Of a stretch of DNA of 64,000 nt, positions 9,789 through 21,400 are shown piece by piece. The stretch's first letter is position 1. The number at the start of each line of letters is the position of its first letter. The notes beneath the pieces were generated by a model. It made no database searches, was not told the origin of the DNA, and worked only from the letters and a program-made list of their open reading frames with translations. The DNA is from a virus. Location of the stretch: the IMG/VR virus record IMGVR_UViG_3300032236_000463, positions 2,837 through 66,836 of that record. One strand, written 5' to 3'. The position numbers and the translations under genes are program-made.

Positions 9789-10837
9789 CATTTAAAACTA
9801 CAGGCGCTGCTAGAACTGGTGGCGCAACTACAGGTACAAAAAGTAAAAGGATTACTGTAAAGGATAAAGTTGTACCTACGCCTAGCCCAGGTCCTAAACC
9901 AACACCGCCTAAGAAAGACCCAAAAAGTAAAACGGATAAGGTAAAGCACAAGGTTAATACTCCTCCTGTTGCAAATCCTAATAAACCTATTGTTATACCA
10001 ACTGGTATAGGTCTTAATGGGTACAGGTGGAACCTACCCCCTCATCAGTGGAGCCTACCAGTTGAGCCACATGATATGGATAGCCTTGTAGTAAACAGCG
10101 AAGCGTTTTCTCTAGGCTCTAAATCAAAGTACCGCCGCGGTCGCATTTATTGGTACTCTCGTGTAGATACTACTAAAGTAGATTACAATACGTACAACAC
10201 TGGGGTTAAGTCTAAGAATGGTGAAGACCACTCTAAGGACCCACGTTATGGTTTTCAGTTCTTGTGGAACCCTAATGAAATTAACACATCAGTGTCTGTT
10301 AATATGGATATTACTCCCTCGTTTGCTGACCAGTTTGTTAATGTAGTTGGAGCGTTCCCAAGCGGTGAGTACTTAACATTTACTCTTAGACTTGATAGAA
10401 CTAATGATTTTGCATGTATTAAGTCTACGTCGCATATCCCAAAAGCTTCTGGTGAAATAACTACTTATGACAAACTAGCAAAAGAGTACACAGGTTATTA
10501 CTCAGCAGCTTCTGCTTTTGATTACGGTTTTGGAGATGACGTAGTTGATAAGATTCAAGACCTTCAAAAATATGGAACCATTGCTGACCTTGAGTACCTA
10601 TACAAAGCTATTAATGGTCCTGGTTGGACTAACCTCGCTACTGGTAAAAATAGTTCTGATATCGGTTTCTTAAGCCCTACTCTTTTAAAGATTGATATCG
10701 GTCCATTAAGTTATCTTGGATATGTAAATAATATAAGTATCAATCATATGGCGTTTTCAAAAGATATGATTCCTATCCGAACTGATGTTGGTTTGCAGTT
10801 TAACCTTATGGCTACTGCAGGATTGTCGAGTAAGTAA
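9785..10837 (+). CDS. Tail tube initiator / baseplate hub-associated protein
   Basis: FQFLWNPNEI motif and C-terminal GYVNNISINH..FSKDMIPIRTDV; Pro/Lys-rich N-terminus. Confidence 0.6.
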   Translation: MTFKTTGAARTGGATTGTKSKRITVKDKVVPTPSPGPKPTPPKKDPKSKTDKVKHKVNTPPVANPNKPIVIPTGIGLNGYRWNLPPHQWSLPVEPHDMDSLVVNSEAFSLGSKSKYRRGRIYWYSRVDTTKVDYNTYNTGVKSKNGEDHSKDPRYGFQFLWNPNEINTSVSVNMDITPSFADQFVNVVGAFPSGEYLTFTLRLDRTNDFACIKSTSHIPKASGEITTYDKLAKEYTGYYSAASAFDYGFGDDVVDKIQDLQKYGTIADLEYLYKAINGPGWTNLATGKNSSDIGFLSPTLLKIDIGPLSYLGYVNNISINHMAFSKDMIPIRTDVGLQFNLMATAGLSSK

Positions 10838-11118
10838 TGCCTATTTATTCTGGTTCTCGTTACGAAGATTCAACAGTAGATTACTTTAATAAAAAAGAGT
10901 ACCAATCTACAACCCCTATTGTGTTCTACTCACCTGACTCTTTAGCGTCTATTTCTTTCTTTACGCACAGCTATATCCCTGGAGAAACTCTTTGGGGACT
11001 TGCTGATAGATACATGAAACGACCAGACCTATGGTGGGCTATTGTTGAGTACAACCCAGAGATTGTTGACTTTATAAATATTCCATCTGGAACAATGCTT
11101 AGGATACCTAGTGTTTAA
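10837..11118 (+). CDS. LysM-like tail X / baseplate protein
   Basis: GETLWGLA.RY...PDLWWAI.EYNP...GTMLRIP. Confidence 0.85.
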   Translation: MPIYSGSRYEDSTVDYFNKKEYQSTTPIVFYSPDSLASISFFTHSYIPGETLWGLADRYMKRPDLWWAIVEYNPEIVDFINIPSGTMLRIPSV

Positions 11119-12442
11119 CTACGTATCTATTGAATTTCCTTTAGCTGAGAACCCACCTCAGCGGCTTTCCTATTTTTATTTAAATCTAAATAGGTATGCC
11201 CATGAGATGGCTGTTGTTAAATTCAGGGATTGGGATGTTAGGTACAATCATATTAGACCTGGTGAACCTGTAAAAGTTAACCTTAGAAGTTCTAATGGTG
11301 CTAGAGATTTTGTTGGTTACATTCATGATATTAAACCAGACATTAGCCCTGGTAAACAGTTTGTAGAAATATCATTAATTGGCGCATCATATAAACTAAA
11401 GCAAGCACGTCAAAGAGTGTTTAGCAATATGACTGCTTCAGATATTGTACGCCAGATTGCTGCGGAACATAACTTCTCTGCGTTTGTTACTGACCACCCA
11501 CGTGTTTATCCACAGGTAGCACAGACTGGGCACACGGACCTTGAAGTTATTACCAGGCTTGCTAAGCAGTGCGGGTATACGTTTAGAATTAAAAATACGG
11601 CTATTTACTTTGAGCCACTAACTACTGCGTACACAGCTACACGTAATAATGCCCCTTCATTTGTTATGCGTGAGGCTAACGACCCAAAGGGTTCAACCTT
11701 GTATACATTTAAAATGATTCTTGGTGAAAGCGTTCAGTATGTAGACGCTTATAAATCTGCTGGTCAAGTAGGTGGTGTTGACCCAGTTACCAAAGAAGTA
11801 AATATTATAACTAATAAAATACGACCAGAGTCCATTAGAAACATATCAACCCCAGAGTTTTTCGACAGTTTTGCTACGGAAACAGTAGCCCCTGGCTACA
11901 ACCCAGCGGCGTATGAAGCATATGCTATTGACCAACGCAATCGTTTCCCGTACCGCGCAGAAGTAGAGGTTGTAGGTACTTCTGATATATATCCAGATAG
12001 TCCTGTGTACCTGTCTGGTATTGGAACTGATTACTCTGGATACTGGATTGTTATGTCTGTTAATCATAGAGTTATTGAGACTCAGCCAAATATTCTTAGA
12101 TACACAACCGTACTTCAGGTTGGAACTGACTCTATTGGTTCAGCAAATGTATGGAGTGACGGTCAAGTAATAGATGTTCCTGATGTTATTCAGATTAGAA
12201 GTATAATCCCAGGAGTTATAAACAAAGTAGCTAATGAAAACTCTGTTTTAACTGATGGAAACACTGTATATAGTAATGAAGGTTTTGGTAGTACTAATAA
12301 TAGACCACAACCAACTACTGGAAAAGTACCTTGGATATGGCAAGCTAGTGGAGATATCTCATCAGATAATAACAAGTATGTTTCTAAGTCTGATATTAAC
12401 CAAGCTACTCTAGATAGATTGAGGGCTCAAGGTGTACGGTAA
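11111..12442 (+). CDS. Baseplate hub protein (gpD / gp27 / VgrG N-terminal-like)
   Basis: TASDIVRQIA..H, Q..TDLEVITRLAKQCGY, and SGYW.V.SV.H motifs. Confidence 0.85.
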   Translation: MFNYVSIEFPLAENPPQRLSYFYLNLNRYAHEMAVVKFRDWDVRYNHIRPGEPVKVNLRSSNGARDFVGYIHDIKPDISPGKQFVEISLIGASYKLKQARQRVFSNMTASDIVRQIAAEHNFSAFVTDHPRVYPQVAQTGHTDLEVITRLAKQCGYTFRIKNTAIYFEPLTTAYTATRNNAPSFVMREANDPKGSTLYTFKMILGESVQYVDAYKSAGQVGGVDPVTKEVNIITNKIRPESIRNISTPEFFDSFATETVAPGYNPAAYEAYAIDQRNRFPYRAEVEVVGTSDIYPDSPVYLSGIGTDYSGYWIVMSVNHRVIETQPNILRYTTVLQVGTDSIGSANVWSDGQVIDVPDVIQIRSIIPGVINKVANENSVLTDGNTVYSNEGFGSTNNRPQPTTGKVPWIWQASGDISSDNNKYVSKSDINQATLDRLRAQGVR

Positions 12443-13211
12443 TTTAGAACACTGGGACAAGAGGTTCTACGGCATCTATCGTGGTGTTGTTGCTGATATT
12501 AATGACCCAGAAAATTTGGGAAGAATTAAATTACAGGTACCACAGATTTTAGGCTCCGCTGTAACTAATTGGGCATTTCCTATTATTGGCGTTCCTGAAA
12601 ACTCAAAGGTTCCTTATGGTTCTTTTGTTAGTACGTCTACTCAAACTATTTCTAGCACTACATCTAATTATATTATTGGACTGAATACTAAAGAAACTGC
12701 TTATGGAGTTAACTTAGTCAACCCAGCAACTACTCCAGTAGCACTTACGGGGGCAACAAGCAAAATTGTTCCAGACAATACATCAGGCATTACCTTTGAT
12801 TATCCAGGTGTATACAACATTCAGATTTCTGCTCAAATAGACTCAGATATTAGTGGTAACTCCTCAATGACTGTTGACCTTTGGATGCTACAAAATGGTA
12901 GTCCTGTAAGTGATTCTGTTGGGCAAATCATGGTGTCTGCCAAAAGCCAGCGCACTGTGGCTTCGTGGAATTATGTGCTACCTATTAGCACTGGAGATAT
13001 TTTGCAATGGGCATGGAATATAAATAGTGCTACCACCACAAGGTTATTATACGCAGATGAACAACCAGGTCCACCCTATCAACCTACTACCCCATCCTTT
13101 ACAGTTTCTGCAAACTTACTCGGCGGGTTTCTCCCAACTCCTGGAGATGGTTGCTGGGTAATGTTTGAAGGCGGAGACCCTAATTTCCCACTATGGCTAG
13201 GAGCGTTCTAA
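12432..13211 (+). CDS. Baseplate spike (gp5/gpV OB-fold) with a large internal insertion
   Basis: N-terminal YGIYRGVV.D..DPE.LGRIKLQVP..WA.P; C-terminal P.PGDGCWVMFEGGDPNFPLWLG. Confidence 0.85.
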   Translation: MYGNLEHWDKRFYGIYRGVVADINDPENLGRIKLQVPQILGSAVTNWAFPIIGVPENSKVPYGSFVSTSTQTISSTTSNYIIGLNTKETAYGVNLVNPATTPVALTGATSKIVPDNTSGITFDYPGVYNIQISAQIDSDISGNSSMTVDLWMLQNGSPVSDSVGQIMVSAKSQRTVASWNYVLPISTGDILQWAWNINSATTTRLLYADEQPGPPYQPTTPSFTVSANLLGGFLPTPGDGCWVMFEGGDPNFPLWLGAF

Positions 13212-13645
13212 TGGCTACATTTGGTATAAGTAATAATTTACCACTAACTACTACTGTTATTGACCTTCCATTTGATATTAGTAGTAGCGGGCGGGTCGGC
13301 TATATCGCTGATACTGACCATAAAGTATGGAAAAATAAGGTACTTAGCTTATTATCCATAGATATAAATGAGCGTATTTGGTACCATAGTTTTGGCGCAA
13401 ATATAAATTCGTTACTATTTGAGGGAAATACTGAAGCCATTCTTTCGGCTAAAGCAGCAATATCTGAAGCATTTGTAATATGGGCACCAGAACTAACGCT
13501 TAAAGATATTGAAGCTTTTTACGATAGTACTCTGGCTACTGTATCCCTAAATATTATCTATCAAGTTCCAACTGGAGAGGTAGATTCTGTTAAAATAGTT
13601 AAGGAATCACTTACCCCAGCTGGAGAAATAATCGAGGTTCTATAA
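13211..13645 (+). CDS. Baseplate wedge protein (gp25/gpW-like)
   Basis: LPF...NER....FGA.I..LLFE...W.PE; ATG at 13211 overlaps the upstream stop. Confidence 0.85.
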   Translation: MATFGISNNLPLTTTVIDLPFDISSSGRVGYIADTDHKVWKNKVLSLLSIDINERIWYHSFGANINSLLFEGNTEAILSAKAAISEAFVIWAPELTLKDIEAFYDSTLATVSLNIIYQVPTGEVDSVKIVKESLTPAGEIIEVL

Positions 13646-15126
13646 TGGCTGACCCGCTATACGTCCCACAAGTGGACTACACGTCTAGAGACTACTCATC
13701 AATTAGAGATGATTTAATAGCTACCATTCCTAATTTTGCTCCACAATGGGTTTCTAGAGATGCGACTGATTTTGGTATCGTTCTTGTTGAGTTATTTGCT
13801 TACATGGGTGACCTATTAAACTACTATATTGACCGCGCTGCTAACGAGTCATTTATTGATTCATCTACCCAGCGAGAAACTGTTCTTAGACTTGCACAGC
13901 TATTAAACTATACACCAAGTGATGTCTCACCATCTACTGGTTCTGTTACTCTGACAAACTCGGCTACTTCTGCGGCTGTTGTAAAAGCTGGAACATTGTT
14001 TTCTACTACCGCAGATGGAACTAACACACAGATTACTTTTGAACTTAATAGCGATGTAACTATTTCTGCTGCTTCTGGGTCTACTTATGGTACTGCACCT
14101 GGCACAGTTACTCAAGGTGTTACTGTTTACAACGAGTTAGTAGGAACTTCAACTGGGGATGCATACCAAACTTTTCCACTTGCACACCCAGGCGTTTTAA
14201 CCAATAGTACATTCTATGTATATGCTGGAAATATTCTTTACCAAAAAGTAGACCATCTCCTTGACTACAATGCTGACGACCCAGTATTTTCAATATACAC
14301 AGATGGAACTGGTATTACTAACATTCAGTTTGGTGATGGTGTTTCTGGACGAGTCCCTCCTAATGGCACTGCTATAAACGTTACGTATCGATACACTGAT
14401 ACCCCTGGAAGTCTAGGAAACATTCTTCCAAATACTCTTACAGTAGTTATTAGTGATAAAAATAACCAGCCTGTTAATGACATACAAGTAACAAACGCTG
14501 CGGCATTTAGTGGGGGAGCTGATTCTGAATCAACAGCCTCAGTTAGAGTTAACGCCCCGCTTGCACTTAGGTCTTTAAACAGGGCAGTCACACTAAAGGA
14601 CTACGCTCAATTAGCAGTTCATGTTAATGGTGTATCTAAAGCTATTGCAGCAGCAAGTGTTTATACACAGGTTACTGTTTTTATTGCAGCTGCTGGCGGA
14701 TACGCCTCTGGTGATGACTTAAAGAATAGTGTATTTAATTACTTATCAACTAAGGTTCCACCAAATACGAGTCTAGCAATTAAAGACTTTACCCCTGTTT
14801 ACCCGTACCTTACAGTTACTGTGAACGTACTTCCACAGTACGAACCAACCATAGTCCAGGCACAAGTTACTGAGGCTCTATACACACTATTTAGTTATGA
14901 CAATGTTGTTTTCAATGACATCATTACGCAGGGAGATATTTACTCTACTTGTAAAAGCATAGATGGTGTTGCTTATGTAACTATTACAGGATATGAAAAG
15001 CAATACACAGTGTCTGCATCCCCTACACTTGTTGGGGGTGTAACAGACTTATCCTGTAATATTGATGAGGTTCCTATTCTTGAATCTACATATATCAAGG
15101 TTACTACAGCAGGTGGCATTAGCTAA
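13645..15126 (+). CDS. Baseplate J / gp6-like wedge protein
   Basis: DYTSRDY..IR, D.GIVLVELFAY.GD.L.YY.DR.ANE, FGDG..GR.P, GGAD.ES, RAVT..DY. Confidence 0.93.
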   Translation: MADPLYVPQVDYTSRDYSSIRDDLIATIPNFAPQWVSRDATDFGIVLVELFAYMGDLLNYYIDRAANESFIDSSTQRETVLRLAQLLNYTPSDVSPSTGSVTLTNSATSAAVVKAGTLFSTTADGTNTQITFELNSDVTISAASGSTYGTAPGTVTQGVTVYNELVGTSTGDAYQTFPLAHPGVLTNSTFYVYAGNILYQKVDHLLDYNADDPVFSIYTDGTGITNIQFGDGVSGRVPPNGTAINVTYRYTDTPGSLGNILPNTLTVVISDKNNQPVNDIQVTNAAAFSGGADSESTASVRVNAPLALRSLNRAVTLKDYAQLAVHVNGVSKAIAAASVYTQVTVFIAAAGGYASGDDLKNSVFNYLSTKVPPNTSLAIKDFTPVYPYLTVTVNVLPQYEPTIVQAQVTEALYTLFSYDNVVFNDIITQGDIYSTCKSIDGVAYVTITGYEKQYTVSASPTLVGGVTDLSCNIDEVPILESTYIKVTTAGGIS

Positions 15127-18100
15127 TGGCTGTACCCGCAATTATTTCTTCATCACTAAAGTCTACTATTTCTGCACGCCCTAATAACTACGGGGTTACT
15201 CATGTTGGAATTAGTAGTGTACCTGATAATATCATTTGGTATAAGGCTAGACTTGTTAAGAAATACACTGGGTACCCTCAAAATATTTACGATGGTGAGA
15301 CCGTATACGACCTTACTAATAAAAACTATGTAGTTAAAGTAGCTAGCGTTTATGGTGCAAACCCTATTGCTACATTTACTTACAGCGGTGGTGGAACAGT
15401 ATCATATGATGACACTGTTGACTATAAGAATTTTTATAACGTACCAGCCACTGGTGGTTCTGGAAACGGCGCTACCTTCAATGTAATACGAACAGGAAAA
15501 GCTGCTGGTGGAACTGGCGCTGTTGTATCAGTATCTTTAAGCTGTGCTGGTGAAGGCTATACAGTAGGAAACGCGCTAACCTTGGCTGCTGCTAATATTG
15601 GTGGTGGAGCCGCTTCTGATATTACTGTTGTTGTTAGTTCACTAGGAGCATCTGCTGCTGCTGGAATTAAGACTATAACAACTAGCATATCTGGAACCTC
15701 TCCAACAACTGCTAAAAGTAATATCTCTGGAGTACCTGTAAACTCTTCTGTAGGAAAAAACCCGTCATTTAATGTATCTACTGGAGGTGCTGTAACCATC
15801 GCGTCTGGTGGTGCTAACTTCTCAGTTAATGACTATGTTACTATCCCAAGTTATTCTTTAGGTACTACATCAGATACCTCTGAGCCTAATAGTTACGGCA
15901 CCACAGCAAGATACCATATCTATGACACGTTTGGCAGCACTGCTACAACAACTAACCCAACTACAACTGCGGCATCTAAAGTGCCATCTTCAGATAGAGT
16001 TTACTACTCTTTGTTTTTAAATTATAGTTTGACTACGGGTTCTCTTGTACCTTCAGATTACTACTGGAATAAAGTGGCTGAAGGCTCATCTGTAATGGTA
16101 AAAGATGTAGGAACAGCAACTCTTCTCGCTAACCACTTACCTAAATACTATATATCGGGGAGCTACAAAACTGTTATAAAAAACGGTAAGCCTGTAGTAG
16201 TTAATGATTTACTAGATTTTTTAAAGGTATTTGCATTTCAATTAGATATCTATAAGACTCAAGCAACTGATGTGTTCTATATGACAAACACCTTAAAAGC
16301 TGATGAGAAATTAATTAAAATGCTTCTTAAACAGTTTGGTGGGGACTACAGGGACGTAAATGATGTCGCTCAGGCACGCGTACTTTTAAATAATATAGTT
16401 AGAATTTTTCAAACGTCTGGTTCTAAATCAGGTCTTAGTACACTAATTGAATCATACACTGGGTATAACTCAACATTTACTCAGGGTAGAAATTACATGC
16501 ACGAGTATAGCTCCTCGTCATTTGAAGATGGAACAGGGTTTTGGTACCCAACTACTGACCAAACGGTTTATCCTAGTCTAGTATCCACTGGACCTATTGA
16601 TGGTAATATTGCTGCATTTTCTGATGCTGCATATAGCGCTAGCCAAGGACTTGTAATGTCTGGTGGTTCTGGCTCTGGTACTACAATTACTGTTACAGAT
16701 ACTACTAACTTAAAGACTGGTGCAGCGGTATTTGTATACGGAGGAACAGGTGTTTTTAAACCTGGAACTGTTGTTACATCAGTGCTGTCTTCTACTACAT
16801 TTAGAATTAATCAAGCACCAAGCACTGCGTTATCTAGCGCTTCCATTAGAGCATCTTATAATCTAGTAACGGGGATGGGTAAAGTATTAGCTGGTACAGG
16901 AGCAACTACAGCTAAACTTTACTTAGGTCCTAAAAAACTAAAAACAACAGCACTTGCTAGTTTTCCGACTAATACTATAACAATGAAGTCTGGAACAATT
17001 CCAGCAGTTAATGACTATGTACTGGGTACTGGTATTCCTTTTGGTACTCAAGTAATTGGTGTTAATTCTAGTACATCTGTCATAACTCTATCTGCAAGCA
17101 CTACTGCAAATATTTCTTCAGGAACTGAACTATGGTTTAGCCCTAACAACTCAGATAAAACTGGTGCTGCTACTGCTTGGTTACAGGTTGAGCAAAATAA
17201 ACCTTACTCGTTTAGCCTGTACGCAAATCTTGCTGGAGCAACCGCTACACCTACTATTACTTTATCTTTATATTGGTATGATATTCATGGGAATGCAATT
17301 AGTAATAACAGTGGTACAGCATTAAGTATTACATCGGGTAGTTCAACCTGGTTGCCAGCAAAGGTTTCAGCAGTAGCCCCACTTAATGCTTCATATGTTG
17401 AACCACAGATTTCTATAACTGGTATTAATGCTACTACAATCCCAATGTACATTGATGCTATTCAGTTTGAGCACGGGTTAGACACTGTACTTAGACAGTT
17501 ATTAACAAGCACAACAGTACAGTTAGTTACATCAACATCTCATAACTTTAGTACTATTGACACTGGCAGCGTAACTAACTACGTATCTGTTTCTGGTTTG
17601 GGTGCTCCGTATGATGGTGGACCTTACGCTATATCATCTGTTCCAGCTGTTAACTCTATTGTGTACACTATTCCAGCAACATCTACTGCAACTCAAGCAT
17701 CCCCAGTGTCTGTAACAGGCGGTAAAGTAGTTTCTACTACATTCTTTGAAGACGTAAAGTTAAATTATATTGACGTAGTTGCTGAAAGAATTAATTTAAT
17801 TACTAACCCATCTTTTGAAATTCAGAGTGGTGCTCCAGGTCTTGTAACTGGTACACAGTTTTGGTATGCAACTAATGCGGCTATTACTAGTACTACTGCT
17901 CAATCCATATCTGGACCTAGAGCATTAAAAGTTACCGCAAGTTCTACTAGTAATATTACTATGACAACTTACGCGGGTACCATTAGTGGTGGAGCTATAA
18001 CTAGCACTAATACTGCATTTGTAGTAACTAGCCCTACAAGCACTCTACAAGAAGTTTATTATACGTTCTCATTCTATACGTACGCTGCGACTACTGCTCG

Positions 18101-18491
18101 TACTGTTAATGCACAAATAAATTGGTCTACTGGTGATACAACTAATGGAACCGCAACTTCAAATGTTGTTGGGTCTTGGACTAGGGTTTCCCTTACCGCT
18201 AAGGTTCCTAATGGAGCAACATCAGCCACGCTAAACATAACTATCGCATCTCCTGCATCCACAGAAGTTCATTATATTGATGACGTACTTTTTGAATCTG
18301 GATATACATTAAAGCCATATTTTGATGGTACTTTTGATGGCTATAATTATGCTGACAATACTGGGACTATTGACTCTATGTGGGAATATAATGGTATTCC
18401 AAATGCATGCAGAAGCCACTATTACATTAACCGTGTAGCAAATGCTGGAAGACTTAAATCAATAATTACGGACGGTCTATATTATGCGTAA
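15126..18491 (+). CDS. Baseplate/tail protein (gpI-like core) with beta-barrel and carbohydrate-binding-like domains
   Basis: HLPKYY...DFLKVFAFQLD...GSKSGL..LIESYTG core; NLITNPSFE...YIDDVLFE CBM-like domains. Confidence 0.7.
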   Translation: MAVPAIISSSLKSTISARPNNYGVTHVGISSVPDNIIWYKARLVKKYTGYPQNIYDGETVYDLTNKNYVVKVASVYGANPIATFTYSGGGTVSYDDTVDYKNFYNVPATGGSGNGATFNVIRTGKAAGGTGAVVSVSLSCAGEGYTVGNALTLAAANIGGGAASDITVVVSSLGASAAAGIKTITTSISGTSPTTAKSNISGVPVNSSVGKNPSFNVSTGGAVTIASGGANFSVNDYVTIPSYSLGTTSDTSEPNSYGTTARYHIYDTFGSTATTTNPTTTAASKVPSSDRVYYSLFLNYSLTTGSLVPSDYYWNKVAEGSSVMVKDVGTATLLANHLPKYYISGSYKTVIKNGKPVVVNDLLDFLKVFAFQLDIYKTQATDVFYMTNTLKADEKLIKMLLKQFGGDYRDVNDVAQARVLLNNIVRIFQTSGSKSGLSTLIESYTGYNSTFTQGRNYMHEYSSSSFEDGTGFWYPTTDQTVYPSLVSTGPIDGNIAAFSDAAYSASQGLVMSGGSGSGTTITVTDTTNLKTGAAVFVYGGTGVFKPGTVVTSVLSSTTFRINQAPSTALSSASIRASYNLVTGMGKVLAGTGATTAKLYLGPKKLKTTALASFPTNTITMKSGTIPAVNDYVLGTGIPFGTQVIGVNSSTSVITLSASTTANISSGTELWFSPNNSDKTGAATAWLQVEQNKPYSFSLYANLAGATATPTITLSLYWYDIHGNAISNNSGTALSITSGSSTWLPAKVSAVAPLNASYVEPQISITGINATTIPMYIDAIQFEHGLDTVLRQLLTSTTVQLVTSTSHNFSTIDTGSVTNYVSVSGLGAPYDGGPYAISSVPAVNSIVYTIPATSTATQASPVSVTGGKVVSTTFFEDVKLNYIDVVAERINLITNPSFEIQSGAPGLVTGTQFWYATNAAITSTTAQSISGPRALKVTASSTSNITMTTYAGTISGGAITSTNTAFVVTSPTSTLQEVYYTFSFYTYAATTARTVNAQINWSTGDTTNGTATSNVVGSWTRVSLTAKVPNGATSATLNITIASPASTEVHYIDDVLFESGYTLKPYFDGTFDGYNYADNTGTIDSMWEYNGIPNACRSHYYINRVANAGRLKSIITDGLYYA

Positions 18492-21400
18492 CTCAGTAGA
18501 GGCAGCAACACTTGCTGCAGTTGTTACGTCTGTTTCTATTAGAAGTGACGGTAAAGCAGTCACCTATAATACTCAAGACCCACATAACTTTAAGCCTGGA
18601 CAATCAGTTACTATTACTGGTCTTACCACAAATACTGCTGCAAATCTTTCTGGAGCATTAATCAGCAGCGTTACTGCTGCTGGTTTTACTGCGTACGTTC
18701 CAGATGTCATTAGCGCTACTACAGGTCAACTAGTTAGTACATCTATTGCTACAACAGCACCTACTGTTGCTTCTACTACAACTGCGTGGGTTACTAACAG
18801 TTGGGCTAATCAGAATAAGATTCGTTATGGAACTCCTGCACCTGTTACTGCACTTCCTTACTTCCTAGATACGACACCATCATTAAGTCTATCTGCTGTT
18901 ACTTATAACTCATCAGGTAATGGTGTAGTAACAATTAGTTGGTCCTCATTGGGTGCATCTAACCCAGTAGCAACATTTACACTTACGCAGTCTTCTGTAT
19001 TTGGAACAGTTACGCTTACATCAGGCGCTACTACTTCTATTGGTTCCACTACTGTTTCTAACCTTGTTGCTAATAATCAGTATACATATGAGATTACAGC
19101 AAGTAACTCTGTTGGCTCCCGTGCTACATCTGCAGCAGTACGCATTGACCCAGCTATTGGTTCTATGGGTGCTGTAACCGCTACAGCTAAAGCAAGTGTT
19201 GCTGGAACTATAACAATCAACTGGGTTGCGCCAAGTATTTCTGCCCCATCTATATCTAACTACTATATACAAAGAGCAACATCTACAGATGGTATAACTT
19301 TTGGTGATTGGTCAGACCTAACTAGTGTATCTGGAACAACGCTTACGTATGATGATACAACTGCTACAACTAATAGCACGTATTATAAATACCAAGTACG
19401 TGCTTACAACGGAATTGTTTACACACCTTATAACCAAAGTGCACCTACTCTAGCAAACTTCTTGTCAACTCCTACTGCGCTACCTACTTATGTATCAACG
19501 TCATCGGTAAATATTTCAGTTACCTCCAGCTCGTTTGTAAGTAATCCTACAGTTACATCATGGAAGGTAGAGCGTTCACTTACTGGCTCTGGTAGTTGGT
19601 CTACATTAACAGCGTCTACTTCTACACTGCCATATGTTGACTCTTCAGTTTCTCAAAACGTAACTTATTACTACAGAATTACTGCAAATAATGGTCAGAT
19701 ACTATCAACGTCTGCATCATCAACGGGTATTACTACTTACGCTGTTCCTAGTTCTCCATCTGGAGTCTACTCACTTGCGGGAGCATCTAGCGTTACTGTC
19801 TACTGGACAGCATCCACAGTTACTAATGCTGCAACCCCTGTAGTTAATTACGTAATTGAACGTTCAACTAATAACTCTACATGGACAACAGTTACAACTG
19901 CAGTAAGTGGTAATGCTACTTCGTATACGGATACATCTGTTAATAACAGTACATCATACTACTATCGAGTCACTGCAGTTAATGGTATTGGCTCATCAAC
20001 ACCAAGCACAGGTGTTCAAGATTATTACATTGCTACAGTAACACCTACTGTTAGTGCAATAGCTAATACTGCTAATCAATTAAGTGTTACTTGGTCTGCT
20101 CCGTCTTCAAACCCAGCGCTAAGTTCTTACACGTTAGTTAGAGCAACTTCTACAGATAACGTAACCTGGTCTTCTTGGTCAGCACCACTTTCATTATCAT
20201 CACCTACTGCAACATCTTACACAGAGTCTGTAGCATTAACTTCTACATACTACAAGTACCAGTTGACAGCAAATAACGCTCAAGTATCAAGCACACCAGC
20301 AGTAAGCAACTCTATACAGCCTTACTACATTACGTCACCTATGACAACCCCTAATGTTACTAGAAATAATACGGATAAGAACCTAACTATATCTACAGTT
20401 AGTTACGTAAGTAACCCAGCAATTACAACTTGGACAATTGAGCGCTCATTAACTGGTTCTAGTGGGTGGTCTACAGTTGTAAGTACTAACGCTCTTCCAG
20501 TAGTTGATAGTTCAGTTGCTCTTAATACTACGTATTACTACAGACTTACTGGAGCAAGCGCGCAGTTAACATCTTCTCCTTCTAGCGCATCATACGCGGT
20601 AACTACTAACGCAGTACCTAATGCTCCTACTAACGTATCAGCAATCGCAACAGCGTCCAATACAGTTATTACTTGGACTGCTTCTACAGTTACAAATCCA
20701 AATACTCCAGTACTTAACTATGGCATTGACCGTTCAACTGACGGCTCTACTTGGACAACCATTACAACTGGTATTGCTGGAGTTGCGTCTACTTACACAG
20801 ATACAGTTGGAACAAGTAATAGTGTATACTACTACAGAGTTTACGCAACCAATATTATTGGAACATCATCTTACAGTACAAGTATACTACCGTACTACGC
20901 TAACTCAACAACACCAACTGCTGCTGGGACATCCGCTAAAGCTAATAGCATCACTATTACTTGGAGTGCCCCAACTTCTAACCCAGCAATTAGTAGTTAC
21001 CTACTTGAACAATCATCTTCTACAGATAACTCAACGTGGGGCTCTTGGTCAACCTTGCCTACTACATACACAGGTTTATCAATAAGCCACAGTGGTGGAG
21101 CTCCTGTACTTTACGATACAATTTCTGGATTTACTAGTACTGCTGGATTAAATGTTGGTCAAAAAGTTATACTATCTGGATTTTCAAATGACATATTTAA
21201 TACCCCATATGAAACAACTATTACACAAGTTAATTCTACTAGTATACGTGTAACATCTAATGGGACTAATGGTTCTGGAACTGGTGGTCAAATTTCAGTA
21301 TCTGGTACATCTGCAATCACAGGTACAACATATATATCTCCATACCTTTCAAGTTCTACTTATTACCGTTATAGACTTACTGTTAATAATGCACAGGTAT

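Noticed and set aside
4455-15126. Extracellular contractile injection system or tailocin
   Set aside because: Contiguous with a full phage replication module, tRNAs and early genes, so a myovirus tail is more parsimonious.
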